From Paraspadella gotoi (taxonomy: Eukaryota > Animalia > Chaetognatha), in NCBI GenBank assembly GCA_051294375.1, contig CM119263.1, positions 4,584,209-4,648,208 on the forward strand: DNA of 64,000 bases, in the 5' to 3' direction. Below are positions 26,858-40,560 of this stretch, piece by piece (within the stretch, counting starts at the first letter, position 1; every line of letters begins with the position of its first letter). The notes beneath the pieces were generated by a model. It searched no databases and was not told the DNA's origin. It saw nothing but the letters and a program-made list of their open reading frames with translations. Made by a program: the position numbers and the translations under genes.

Positions 26858-28651
26858 TCACTTAAATGTTTTTTCTTTTGTATGAACTTTTTTATGTGTT
26901 TTAAGATCCGAACTTCGCGCAAAAAATTTTTGACAAATTTCGCATTTATATGGTTTTTCTTTTGTATGTGTAATATGATGTTTTTGTAGAGTTAATTTCT
27001 CTGCAAAGCTTTTTTGACAGATTCCACACTTAAATGGTCTCTCGTTGGTATGAGAGCGATAGTGAAGCATTAGATGCGCTTTATATGGATAGCTTTTTTT
27101 GCAAAGTTCACAACTAAATTTATTTTCTTTCGTATGTGTAACATAATGTAATTTAAGGTACTGTTTTAATGAAAATGACTTATCACAAGTTTCACATTTA
27201 AAGGGTTTTTCATTTGTATGAATTTTTTTATGTGTCGTAAGATTTGAACTTCGCGAAAAACATTTTTGACAAATTTCACATTTATACGGTTTTTCATTCG
27301 TGTGAATCCGATAATGCATTGCTAAAGTATGTTTTGATGGAAAACCCTTCTCACAGTTATCGCATTTATATGGTTTTTCTTTTGTATGTGTAGTATTATG
27401 ATATTGTAGAGTTTTTTTCTCTGCGAAGCTTTTTTGACATAATTCACACTTAAATGGTCTCTCGTTTGTATGAGAGCGATAGTGAAGCACTAGATTATGT
27501 CTTTGTGTATAGCTTTTTTGGCAAAGTTCACATTTAAATTTCTTTTCTTTTGTATGAGTAACGTAATGTAATTTAAGGTTTTGGGATGTTGAAAAGGCCT
27601 TATCACAAGTTTCACATTTATGAGATTTTTCATTTTTATGACCTCGATAATGAACTTGTCTTGCTCCAGCAGTAGGAAAGTTTTTTTCACAAATGTTACA
27701 CTTATATGGTTTCTCTTTCGTGTGAGTTCGGTAATGTACTTTTAGACTACCTCTATGCAAAAAGCATTTCTGACAGATATCACATTTATGTTGTTTCTCT
27801 TTTGTGTGAATTAGCATATGAGTATTTAAAGTAGTCTGAGAAGCAAAGCATTTCTGACAAATTTGACATTTGTACCTTCGTTCACGCTCATGATTTTCGA
27901 GATGTTGCTTTAATTTTAAAAACCATTTTTGACAAATTTCACATTTTTCTTTCTCTTTTGTATGAGTTCTTTCATGAATTTTTAATCTTCCAGAAATTGA
28001 AAAGGATTTGCCACAAATTTTACATAGATACGGCTTCTCTTTTGTATGTGTTGTAAGATGTCCCTTCAGATCACAAAACCAGTTTTGGCAAAGTTCACAT
28101 TTATATGGTCTCTCTTTAGTATGAGTTCGAAAATGAATTATTAGTCCTTTTTTTTGTTTGAAGCCTTTTAGACAAATTTTGCATTGATAGTTTTTCTCTT
28201 TAGTATGAGTTCGAAAATGTATTTTAAGGCTTTCAGAGTGTGAAAAGCTTTTTTTACAGATGTCACATGAGAATGGTTTTTCTTTAGTATGAGTTCGAAA
28301 ATGAATTCTTAGACGTGATTTTAGTTTGAAGCCTTTTTGACAAGTTTCACATTGATAGTTTTTCTCTTTTGTATGAGTTTCGTAATGTTTTTTAAAGCTC
28401 ACTGCAGACGAAAAGGTCCTAGCACAAGTTTTACATTTGTGTGGTTTTTCTTTGATAAGATTTTGTTCTGGATTTTGTGTTTGTAAATTTTCTGTGAGAC
28501 GAAATTCACTTTGATTTCTTTCTTCTTGAGGATATCCATTTTCACAAGATTCCTCCATTTCGTGTTTAGATTCAGATTCAGATTCAGAAGAAGAAAATTC
28601 AGCGCAAAAATCACATTCAACTACGATGATTGACTTTGCCGTTTTTCTCAT
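26858..28651 (-). CDS. Tandem C2H2 zinc-finger protein (19 fingers); acidic upstream exons likely near 29000-29300
   Basis: 597-aa ORF with 19 CxxC...HxxxH units and TKEKP-type linkers. Confidence 0.93.
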   Translation of the reverse strand: MRKTAKSIIVVECDFCAEFSSSESESESKHEMEESCENGYPQEERNQSEFRLTENLQTQNPEQNLIKEKPHKCKTCARTFSSAVSFKKHYETHTKEKNYQCETCQKGFKLKSRLRIHFRTHTKEKPFSCDICKKSFSHSESLKIHFRTHTKEKNYQCKICLKGFKQKKGLIIHFRTHTKERPYKCELCQNWFCDLKGHLTTHTKEKPYLCKICGKSFSISGRLKIHERTHTKEKEKCEICQKWFLKLKQHLENHERERRYKCQICQKCFASQTTLNTHMLIHTKEKQHKCDICQKCFLHRGSLKVHYRTHTKEKPYKCNICEKNFPTAGARQVHYRGHKNEKSHKCETCDKAFSTSQNLKLHYVTHTKEKKFKCELCQKSYTQRHNLVLHYRSHTNERPFKCELCQKSFAEKKTLQYHNTTHTKEKPYKCDNCEKGFPSKHTLAMHYRIHTNEKPYKCEICQKCFSRSSNLTTHKKIHTNEKPFKCETCDKSFSLKQYLKLHYVTHTKENKFSCELCKKSYPYKAHLMLHYRSHTNERPFKCGICQKSFAEKLTLQKHHITHTKEKPYKCEICQKFFARSSDLKTHKKVHTKEKTFK

Positions 28652-29855
28652 ACAATAAAAGGTTCAATTCTTCAGATGTCGTCCTTTTACAGAATTCGGT
28701 GAAGAAAAATTCGCGGTTATCAACTTTTTCTAAAAACAATTTTTCGAAATTCACATGTTTAAAATCGATGTTACAAAAAAATCAAAACGCTATATCAAAT
28801 TAAAATGTGCATATCGTATACTTAAAGTCTTAGTTTTTTTTTTAATGTTTTTTTTGTATTGAAGCACCTCGGATAGAATTTTTTTATATTTTTTGTATTT
28901 TTATATGTGTATATTTTTTGGTCGATTTTTTATGGAAGTTTAGATATAAAAGATTTTGTTTTAAGATTCTCAGTGAAATCGCTATGATTTGGCTCTTCAT
29001 TTAGGAAAAGAGAAACTGAGCCAAACAACAGCTCCCTCGTGTTTTTTTTCTTTTTCCTTCTTTGCCGACGTCGTCATTTTTATCGTCGTCGTCCACGTCG
29101 TCGCCAATCTCTTTGTTATCGCCAAAGTTCGAAGCTGGAAAAAAACAAAAGGCAACTGGAGTCTCCAGATTAACTGAAGACGGAAATCGAAAAAAACTAT
29201 TGTTAAACATTTGAGGACAAATCTTGACCAAAAAGTCTGAGAAGTCGACGTCGTCGTCGTCGTCGTCTTATTTGACGTTGTCGTGACTGTCGTCGTCGAT
29301 ATTATCGTCGCTATTGCTCATGTTAGATGCTCTCACTCTCTCTCATCGTTATTGTTCCTATTGCTAATTAAATCTTTACTAATTGATAATTTATGTCAAA
29401 ACTCACTATTTACAATATTGTACATATTATTTACTGTAAATTGCCTCTCTCGTATGAGCATCTCATTTTCCACGTATTCAATTTATATTTATTCTTGAAA
29501 TTGAATTATTTTTTACAAACTGTATAAATTAAATATCCAACCAATCAACAATTTAATAAATAAGGTAACGCGACTTCAACATAATTATTATAGTAATATT
29601 GTAATATTTTTTTAAAATTGTAATAATTTGAAAATAAAGAATAAAGAATATGACAAAAGTTTTACAGGTCAGTTGTAAATTAATTAGAATGACGATTCTA
29701 AAAGGAACTGTGTATGGTACAAGTATTTCGTCTACGATTTTGTTTTTAAGTAAAAATTTTTAAAAATCTACACAAGTATCGAGTAAGTTTTTTTTTTCTG
29801 ATAAGATTTACATATTGTGAAACTGCCACTCATACGTTTTTGACAAATTTTATTT

Positions 29856-31072
29856 TCAGATTGTCTTTTCTTTAGAATGAGTTTTTTTATGATTTCGAAG
29901 GTAAATTTCAACTGTGAAGCTCATAAGACAAATATCGCATTTATATAGTTTTTCTGTGATGTGAACTCGGTGATGTAATTGTAGACCTCTTCTCTGCAAA
30001 AAGCGTTTCTGACAGATTTCACATTGGTAATTTTTTACCTCAGAATGAAGCTGCTGATGATTTTTAAGAGCGTCTGCTCTTGAAAAACATTTCTGACATA
30101 TTTCGCAGTGATATGGCTTTTCCTTTGTATGAGTCATTTTATGCGTCTTAAGATTTGAACTTTGCGCAAAACATTTTTGACAAATTTCACATTTGTACGG
30201 TTTTTCTTCAGAGTGAGTTCTATGATGTGATTTTAGTGAAGATTTAGCTGCAAAACACTTTTCACAAATTTCACATTTAAATGGTTTTTCTTGAGTATGA
30301 GTTCGATGATGATATTGCAAACCTTTTTGATCAGAATAGCATTTTTGACATAGTTCACACTTATATGGTTTCTCTTTTGTGTGAACGCGATAATGAATCT
30401 TTAGAGTTCCATTGTGCGTGAAGCACTTTTGACAAACTTCACATTTGTATTTTTTTCTTTTGTGTGAATTAAATTATGCTTTTTAAGGCAACCTCTTTGT
30501 GAAAAGCATTTTTCACAATCGTTACATTTGTAGGGTTTCTCGTTTGCATGTTTTTGATAATGAATTTTTCTTTTATCATCAGTAAAAAAATGTTTTTCAC
30601 AAATATCACATTTGTAAGGTTTTTCTTTAGTGTGAATTCGATAATGTACTTTTAGACTGGAACTCATTGAAAACCTCCTCTGACAAATATCACATTTGTG
30701 AAGTTTTTCTCCGGAGTGAATGAACAGATGTTTCTTTAAATCTGACGTCGATAAAAAGATTTTTTGACATACATCACATTTGTGTGCTCTTTCTTTAGTA
30801 TGAGTGAGCAGATGAGGTTTCAAATTTGAAAAACATTTCTGGCAAAATTCACATCTCTCTAATTTTTTTCCTGTTTGAGTTTGCATATGATCCTTTTGAT
30901 TTTCTTTGGTGTGAGTTCTACTATAATGGCGCTTTAGACTTTCTTTCTGTGCAAAGAATTTTTCGCATATTTCACAAATATATGTTTTTTCTTTCGTAGG
31001 AGGAGTAACCTGATTCAAATTTTGTGAATTTTCAGTGAGACGAGATTCGCTTTGATTTTTTACTCCTTCCAT
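29856..31072 (-). CDS. Paralogous tandem C2H2 zinc-finger protein, split by a 1-nt homopolymer frameshift at ~30450-30457
   Basis: ORFs 30401-31072 and 29856-30320 join into one finger array if one A is added (KEK-KYKCEVCQKCF). The N-terminal NQSE.RLTEN motif is shared with the 26858-28651 gene. Confidence 0.88.
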
Positions 31073-32001
31073 TTTATGAGTTGACGAGTGAAGATAGATC
31101 TCAGAATTATTTCATAATTCCAGAAGTAATTTAAAAAAATATAGTATCAAAGTTCGTAAAATTTAATTCAGTTTCAGATTGACTTTCCGTTTTTGCTTCT
31201 ATGAAAATAAAACATTTCTTATCTTTTTTTTTTCTTTTCTTTTTGAAGATTTTGTTTTCAGTTTCGAACAAAAAATATCAGAGTTTCGAAATGACGTTGG
31301 CTTTGTCGTCTTCGTCGTCGTCGTCCTCGTTTTCGTTTTCGTCGTCGTCGTTGCCGTCGTCGTCGTTTCGCTGTAGTTTGAAGTCCGGAAAGGAACAAAC
31401 TAGTTTCTACAGATCGAATCGAAACCAAAAAGATTCCATTCGATCGCTTTGCATTTTCATCAAAATCTTCATCGAGTAGGAATGAATTTGTCACTGTTAA
31501 ATATGTATATAGATAACAAAATTTTAGCCTAACTATGTTGAAAAGCAAAACTCCTTGACTTCAGAAGGACGCTTGAGATTCATAGCTGAATGACCAATCA
31601 TCTTCTTTAGACGTAAACCTCTCAGCAAATCCCTTCTCTTTGTCTTCTGAAGCCCCACTCCCCCCCCACCCCCTTTGTAGAAAATGTATTTAAATTTCCT
31701 ATGCCTTTTGGGTCCCGCGTTCGAGGCGTCGCCCGTTCAAATTAGTACAACGTGAATTTTTGGATAACTATTTTTTTTATTATTATTCGCATTAAATCAA
31801 AAACCCGTAAAAAACTTAAATTCTAACGGACCGACGGTTACAAGATTCGATCTTGAATGAAAATGTATCTGGAAACCAAATATTGAAAATATTGACCTTA
31901 AAAAGGCTGCTTCAGTCACTAAAATGAACGGTCATTGGATTAGACCGATCTTCTTCATCGTCCTGGTCGTCTTCGTCTTTGTCGTCGATTTCGTCTTAAA
32001 T

Positions 32002-32124
<123 letters not shown>

Positions 32125-32590
32125 CTTTAAAGGGAAGAAGACTCTGGAAAGCTGGGAAATCTGAAAGGAGGAGGAGGAGGAGCAGGAGGAGGAGGAGGAG
32201 GAGAAGAAGAAGAAAGGTTTACTTGAGTAAAGGTAAGAAAGTATGACAAAAGAAAATATTATAGAAGACTTAAGACTAAGTATAGAAATTATTTGAAATA
32301 TATGTAGATAAATTATTACTCATTAGTTAATAACTATGTAATAGTTATGGTATAAATTAAACAGGTTAAGTCTTAGACGTAAGTTCATAAATAAAAGTGA
32401 CAAAACTAAAAAAAAAAGAAAAAAAGAAACTTAGAATTTAAAGAAAAAATATTCAGGAAAACTTTTTCTTTTTTTTTTGTTAAACTTTTTTTCTTGATTT
32501 CTTAGAATTGCGACCAAAATCTTTTCTCGCTTTTTTGTTGAAAAGAAAATCAAGGAAATGGTTTTCGAGGCGGCCCCAGTTATCCCAACC

Positions 32591-32623
<33 letters not shown>

Positions 32624-32633
32624 GTCATCTCCT

Positions 32634-32687
<54 letters not shown>

Positions 32688-32759
32688 GTTTTCTCTCTCT
32701 CAAGCCTCACCCTATGTTTTTCCCTACTTTAGCGGGAATGAAAAATCTTTGGAAATGTC

Positions 32760-32819
<60 letters not shown>

Positions 32820-34444
32820 CTCTCTCCTCTCTCTTCTCTCTCTCTCTGCTCTCCCTCTCTCACTTTTTCCTTTTCTGCTCTCTCGAATTGAGCAAAAGAG
32901 TAGAGGTTTTGTTGTTGTCTAATTAGGGCACCCTCCCATGCAGCGCTAGCGAGAGTCTCGCGCAATGTGCAGCGCGTCTCGCTTTGCGCTTTAACTTAAC
33001 AGTTGCCGTTCTCAGCTCGAGAGTTAGGGGGAGGGCTAGGAGGGCGTAAAAGATTACTTCCTTTTTTTTTTTAGTTTTTGTTTGACTGCTGAAAGTTTTT
33101 CTCTTTTTTTTTTAAACAAAATCTAAACTGTTGTATTTTTTTTTCACATTCGCTCTTTACTTTGTTGTCGACGAAAAAAAACAAAAGACAGAAATTGTTT
33201 TTTTCGCCATTTGACGCCAGCGCCGCCTACGAGTTTTCTTCGAACAAAGGACCAGGAGACTTTTCCGACATTGACTGGAAAATGGCTTGCGGGATTGTTT
33301 CGTAACAAAAAGGATACTTTTTTAACTATATTAGGCATGATGTGATACTTAAAGTACACTAAGCCTTTAAATATATGTATTAAGTCACATTTTAAATAGA
33401 AATCATTATGAGGATATTACCGGCTTTCTATGCCCATTTTACATTTTACACCCCCATGTTCTACAGCCCCAGCGGCGTCACCCCTTCTACAGCCCCATCG
33501 GCCTCCCCCTCTTCAACAGCCCCAGCATCGTCCTCGGACGCCCTCAGAAGCTTTCTTGATTTACGCTAAAACGAGATGACAGAGTCTAAAGAAAAGAGGG
33601 AAGGAGAAGGAGGAGTAGGCAGGACGGAGGGAGAGGAGAGGAAGAGGAGGAGAAGGAGGAGGAGGAGGAGGGAGACTAAAATAAAAAAGATTACTCGAGC
33701 GAAGACGTCAAGAGAAAGGAAGAAGAAATACTGAGAGAGAGAGGAGAGAGAGAGGAGAGAGAGAGAGAGAGAGAGACGAGAGAGAGAGAGAGAGAGGAGA
33801 AGACGAGAGACCGAGAGAGAGAGAGAGTTAGGAAGGAAAATAATTAGAGAAAAAATGAGAGGCCCGAGCAAAAGGAGTTGGAAGAAAGATTTTAAAAGCT
33901 TGCGGAACGTGAGGGAAGAAGATGAGAGAGAAGAAGAGAAGAAAAGGTGTTAAAAAAAAAAGAAAGTAAAATTGTTAAAAGAAAGTGAAAGTTGATACGA
34001 GAGAAAAGTCAAAAGAAATGTTTAATAGAGGAGAAAAAAATGAAGAACGGAGTGAACGTAAAGAGATTCAATGAAGAAGAGTAAATAAGGTAAGTTCAAA
34101 CGGGTGAGTAAAAGAAAAGATAAGAATTTAAAGAAAAGAGATGAAATAGAGAAAAGAAAAGAATAGAGATCACACAAATTTCAAATGGAACAAAATTTAT
34201 GTAATGAGAGCGTCATCAATTTCGTCAGATCGAACGGGAACAGGAGATGCTCGTCCGATACATGGAGTCTGAAGGAGCAAAGAAACTAATTTGTGTGATA
34301 TTATGAACGTGTGTGGGCAAGGATTGAGGTTAGATCTGAAAACGGGTGTGAATATTCAGAGGTGAAGTAAAAATAGATTCGTGAACCTAATAGAGAATAT
34401 TTATAGAAAAGTCGAAAGAAGAGAGAGAATAATCACGTAATTAG

Positions 34445-34545
<101 letters not shown>

Positions 34546-35339
34546 GTTAATCTCTCTCTTTTTTAGGCTAAAACTGCGCTTTTGTCTTTTTCCATTCGCT
34601 TTAATCTCATTTTCTTAAACTTCTCCTTCACGAGAAAAGTCGGAGAAAAAAACCTCATTAATTTTGCCGAAGGAATTCTCGGAAATTCGAGAAATTCTCG
34701 GAAATTCCTCGTTGAAAATGAGAGCTCAACATTTTTTTTATTTCACCGCCATTTTGTAAAGTCCTCATTAATCCTAAATTGAAGACCAGTACTGCTATGT
34801 AGTCATTTTTATTTATTCTAGTTATATTTATCTATTTATCCTAAACCGTAAACAATATACAGTTTAACTCAATTTACATGAACCTTCTCTTTTTTGCCAA
34901 AAATTATCGACCAAATTATGAAAGTTCTGTTAGAGTTTATAAGAAGGAACCGCGTTGTTCCTCTTCCGCAAGGTAAGGTGTAGACATGCGTGGGTTTGGG
35001 TGACCATTTGTGGACAGCTGTGGTCACTGGTCACTGGTCAGGCTTTCGCACTGGGAAGGTATTCCATTTTTTTAAACTGTCGTGACAAAAATATCCTTTA
35101 TTTCCTCCAATCGATCTTTCCTTTTTCATTTTTCTTTCTCCTTTTCTTTCCCTTTTCTTCTTTCCTTAACTTACCCTTTACTTACCTTCCCCCCTTATTC
35201 ACTTCTCAAGGTCACCTTCTTCTTTTCTTTCCCCGATTTCTTTTGACCTTCAATTATTTTCGTTCGTTTCTATAGATTTCATTTTTTTCTCCTCTCATCG
35301 TAGTTTCTCTTTTATATCATTTCAAATATCTTCAACCAC

Positions 35340-36174
35340 TCTATCACTTCAGATTTCTTCATCATCTTTCACTTCAGGTGTCTTCATCCTTTCTATCTCT
35401 TCAGATGTCTTCATCCTCTATTACTTCAGATTTCTTAATCCCCTTTATCACTTCAGATGTATTCATCCTATTTATCACTTCAGATATCTTCAACTTCTCT
35501 ATCACTTCAGATGTATTCATCCCCTGTATAATTTCAGGTTTTTTTTTCATTTCCTCGTCCCCCGGGCTCGAACTCCGGACCTTTGGATGAGGGGCGATGA
35601 TCTTTTTAATTGTTTTCTAAGTTGTTTGGTTTGACATTAATGTCTGATTTATTTGAAATTCTTTTCGACTTTATCGTCGATATCTTCATTGTCTGGTACA
35701 TTAAATGTTTTCGTCATTTTCTTCGTCGTCGTCGTCGTCGTCGTTGTCATTGTCGTCTTCGTCGTCGTCGTCATCGTCTCTGTCATTGTCGTTGATGTCT
35801 TCTTCCCCGTCGTCTTCGTTATTTTCGTCATCATTATCGTCGTCAACATCATCATCATCATCCTTTTTCTCATCATCATCATCGTGGTCGTCATCGTCGT
35901 CATCATCGTTGTCCTTTTCGTCATCATCGTCATCTCTTTCCATCATTTTTCACTTCTGGCGAGACTCAAACTCTTCATCATCTTCGAAGGCCGTCGTCGA
36001 CAACTTGATTTCGCCTTCGGCTATCAGCGGCGGCGGTGACAGCGGCGGCGGCGGCGGCGCTGGTGAGGGCGGCGGTGACAACGGCGGCGGCGACGGCCAG
36101 GAGGGAGGGGCACTGACTTCATTCGTGACATCGAAAGTAACTAATAAAGTTAAAAATAAAGAGATTGTCGTCAT
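35340..36174 (-). CDS. Putative secreted Pro-rich/Asp-rich protein with 9-aa SEVI repeats (frameshifted)
   Basis: Signal-like start MTTISLFLTLLVTFDVTNEVSA, poly-Pro, ~80-aa Asp tract in an adjacent frame, then 27-bp repeats (GMNTSEVIE/KLKISEVIN/RMNTSEVIK). Confidence 0.4.
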
Positions 36175-36931
36175 GACTCAAAAAGTTGACATTTATCATA
36201 TTCGGCATTTATGATATTTGGCATTTCTGACACCGCAGTCAGGCTCACAGACTAAGGAGCCGCGTTTTCCCTCGATTTTCCATTCAATTCCACAAAGAGG
36301 AAAGATGGAACAACCGACTGACAAACAAGCGGCGCCGGCGGTGACCCCGTTTATCAATTTATCTCTTAGATTCACTTTCGTGAGCGGCGCGACCGCTTGG
36401 CGCTTCAACCCGGCGCCGAAGCCGGAAAGAACTGCCGTCGGGCGTCGCGAAAGATTTCTTTCTTTCTCGGAAAAAAGATATTTACATATAATTTTGTATA
36501 TAATTTTTTTAAAAAAGTATAAATACACAAATACACAAATTTGAATTCGAACGCGGATATTATATTTTTTATGTTGAAGCTTTATCACTCATTCTTTTTT
36601 GTTCTGTTTTTCCCAAACTATGAAAATAGATATTATGCTTTATTTACGTAAATGCTGATCTGGTTGTACGTATTTCAACTTCTTTTCTGTGTTTTTAGAT
36701 ACCACGAAAAGATTTTATTAACCTTTCTTGTATTGGGCTAGGACAAATAAGGCACCCATCTCCCATTTTTCCCTCCAGTTTTTGCGAAAGAAAGAGAGAG
36801 AGAGGAGAGAGAGGAGAAGAGAGAGAGAGAGAGGGAGAGAGAGGAGAGGAGAGAGGGAAGGAGAGGACGGTGGGGAAAGAGAAAATTGAATTTAGCGGTC
36901 TGGAACAGGCTTTTGAGGAGACGACAGACCG

Positions 36932-36982
<51 letters not shown>

Positions 36983-37020
36983 GAGAGAGAGGGAGGGAGA
37001 GAGAGAAAGAGAGAGGAGAG

Positions 37021-37058
<38 letters not shown>

Positions 37059-37828
37059 AGATGAGAGAAGGAGAGAGAGAGAGAAGAGATGAGAGAGAGA
37101 GAGAGAGGAGAGAGAGGTGGGCTACGGTTAACATTCGTATTTTTGACATCTTCTTGTATAAAGGACATTCGGAAACAACGATAGCGGCGACGGCTGCGGC
37201 TGTGGCTGCGGCTGCGACGGCGACTGCAGCGGAGGCGGCGGCTGCCGCGGCAGGGGTTTCGTTTTAGCGGCATCGATGACGTAAACTCGATATTTTTCGT
37301 GTTAACTGTTGCTATTGACACATTTTAAGTTCGCTTCCATTTTAGTTTGGTGAACCAAGCTCACCTTTGTCATCGGGAAACGCGATCTTTGTGGTCCCTT
37401 GCATTTTTGTAGTCTCTTCTTCCCAAAGATTTTTCCCTTTATGGTTTCCTTCAGTTTTTCAGGAGGGTCCTTTCCTTAATTCCCTCTTTGACCTTCGCGG
37501 TTCCTTTCCTTTTTCCTTAATCCGCTGTCCTAACCTTTCTTCGTTTCCTCCTTTACTTACCTTATTTTCTCTTTCAGTCCTCACCCACGCCGGATGGGTC
37601 GTGTCGCCGGGCGGCGTCGTTTCTTTAGAAATCAGCTTCTACGCCATGATTAAAGATGGCGCTATCGGCGTCGTCGTCGTCGTCGACATCGTTGTCCCTG
37701 GTTGTACGAAATGAGATGCTGATCTTTTGTCATTCAAATTCGGCCGCGCGTCTTTCTTTTGTTGGTGTCGCTGGAGGTGGCTGGGGGCGGTGGCTGCTGC
37801 CACAGCTGCCACTTATTTCACTGCGTCT

Positions 37829-37864
<36 letters not shown>

Positions 37865-38322
37865 TTCCGTCACCGCCAGCCTCGCTATGTCTTGGGCGGA
37901 TCCCTCGAAAACAGCTGACGCGAAGTCAGGAAGGACGGAGAAAATTTCCCTAAGTATTTTACTCGTTTTTTTTTTAAAGAAATAGTATTAAAATGGTACG
38001 ACTGTAGAATATTTTTACAAAAGTGGAATGTGAATAGAATTCCGTCACCGGACGTTTGAAAATCAAGATGGCCGCTCGACGCTCCGTCTTTTTTGAAAAG
38101 TTTTTTTTTTTAGTTGGAATTTCTTTGCTTTTTAAACGAAAAATAAATTTTTCGTTTTATTTCTTTTTATTTTAGATGTTTTTATATTTTTATTTTATTT
38201 TTCAGTCTTTCTATAATTTTTTTTATTTCTCTTTCTTTCTTTCTTTCTTTCTTTCTTTTTTTCTTTTTTTCTTTTTTTCTTTTTTTCTTTTTTTCTTTTT
38301 TTCTTTATTTATTTATTTTTTT

Positions 38323-38355
<33 letters not shown>

Positions 38356-38358
38356 TTT

Positions 38359-38434
<76 letters not shown>

Positions 38435-38592
38435 TAAATTTTGTATTCCATTATTTCTTTCTTTCTTCCATTTTCTTTATATCTTCATTTCTTTCTTTTT
38501 TTCTTTCTCTTTAGTCGTCTTCTCTTTTGTTTTTGTTTCCTCGTTTTTTTTCTTCCTCCAAATCCGAAAGAAGGACAGAGAAATTCATCTCC

Positions 38593-38651
<59 letters not shown>

Positions 38652-38827
38652 GCTCTTCTCTCTCTCTCTCTCCTCTGCTCACTCTTTTCTCCACCAATGT
38701 TCTGCTCCTTTTAGTGTTCGTGATTTCCTTGAGAATTTTTCTGGATGTCAGTAACCACTTTTTTGAAAGAGAGAAGCGAAAGAGAGAGAGAGAGAGAGAG
38801 ACGAGAGAGAGAGAGAGAGACGATGAG

Positions 38828-38861
<34 letters not shown>

Positions 38862-40100
38862 GAAGACTCTCTCCTGCTCGGAGAAAACTTCCAAAGGACT
38901 GACGAAGGGTCAAGACTGAGGGTCATGACCTTTCCATCACGAGGAAGATTGGACCGACTAACCTTTTCCCCACAAAACCTTTTCTCCCTTGAGCCACTCT
39001 GTCTCCTAACCCTTTTTCGTGCCCCCCTCCGTTGTACGCCTCTCGTTTTACTCACCCCCAAATAAGAAGAGCAAAAGCATATTAAGCTTCTCTTTGGTAT
39101 AGAAAAGAATGACTTGAGCTGATCTTTTAAGTATATTGTGAAAAAGAATTATTATTTTTTATGATTTTAAGGATTAACTTAATTCTCTTTAAACATTTAA
39201 TAAGAATAATATGAGACGTAAAATCTGCAATTTTTTTTCTCACTAAATTTGAAATAAAATTGTCATAAACGCTACCGGCTCTCTCCAAAACAACAAAGAA
39301 ATTTGATTTTGCTTTTTTAATCTTTTTTAATCATTTTCTGTAGAAGTTTTCATATTGTTTTCTGTTAATGTTTTATGTTGTTTTTTTGTTTCTTTAAATA
39401 TTTTTTTTCTTTTTTTTTCTCCAAAAATATCTTAGTTTCATTTCCCAGTTTTTCTTTTCGAAAACATTTTATTTCCTTCTACTAGAAAGTCACTAGAAGT
39501 TCCAGTGACTTTTCTAATTTTCTTGTCTTTTTTCGCTGATCGATTTACGGGATTTACTTATTTTCTTTTCTTTTTTCTTTTCTATTTTTTTCTTCGCTTT
39601 TTTTAATCTAAACATAAAAAATCCCTCTTTTTTTTCGCTTTTCGTCTCTCGCTGAGCCATCTGTCAGTCTTCAGAGAAGGAGGCCTGATTTAATTTCTTC
39701 TCTTCTCTTCTATTCTCCTCTCTTCTCTTCTTCTCTTGTTCTCTTCTTCTCTTCTCTTCTCTTCTCTTCTCTTCTCTTCTCTTCTCTTCTTTTCTTTTCT
39801 TTACTCTTGTCTTCTTGTATTCTCTTGTCTTCTTCTCTTCTATTCTCTTCTCTTTTCTTCTCTTCTCTGTCTGTCAGTCTTCAGAAAATGAGGCTTGATT
39901 TATTCTTTTCTTTTCTCTTTTCTCTTTTCTCTTTTCTCTTTTCTTCTATTCTTTTCTCTTCTCTTCTCTTCTCTTCTCTTATCCTATCTTATTCTATCTT
40001 ATCCTATCTTATCTTATCTTATTGTCTTCTTTATTTTGGTTATTTAGTATAGTAGCCTGAATTATAGATGATATTGATTATTGATTATACATTATCTTAT

Positions 40101-40132
<32 letters not shown>

Positions 40133-40253
40133 TATCTTATCGTCTCTATATTTTGGTTATTTAGTAAAGTATTATGAATTCTAGATGATATTGATTGCAA
40201 ACTGTCCACTTTCATTCGATTGATGATGTAGTAACCCTGCAGAGGATTCAGTA

Positions 40254-40349
<96 letters not shown>

Positions 40350-40384
40350 ATCCTCACTTCCTCTTGTCATTTACGCCCACTTTC

Positions 40385-40560
40385 ACAAATTGGCGCCTCC
40401 TTCTCTTCTTCAATCGTCCACGCCCCATCTACCCCGCCCCCTTTGCTCCAGTGACGTCACGCGCGGCCCGCGGAGACACGCGCGACCAAAGTCGTCACGT
40501 GACACGGCGTCGTTTCCATGACGACAATGAAGCGCGTGACCCACGAGGTCGCGCTTTCGA
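40385..40560. promoter_or_regulatory. CpG-rich promoter-like island
   Basis: GTGACGTCAC (CRE), GTCACGTGAC (E-box/CLEAR-like), TTGGCGC (E2F-like) and CCCCGCCCC (GC box) cluster within 170 bp of AT-rich DNA. Confidence 0.45.

Noticed and set aside
26858-26860. UGA as selenocysteine or Cys recoding
   Set aside because: Downstream fingers are degenerate and frameshifted, no SECIS was recognised, and other Cys codons are standard.
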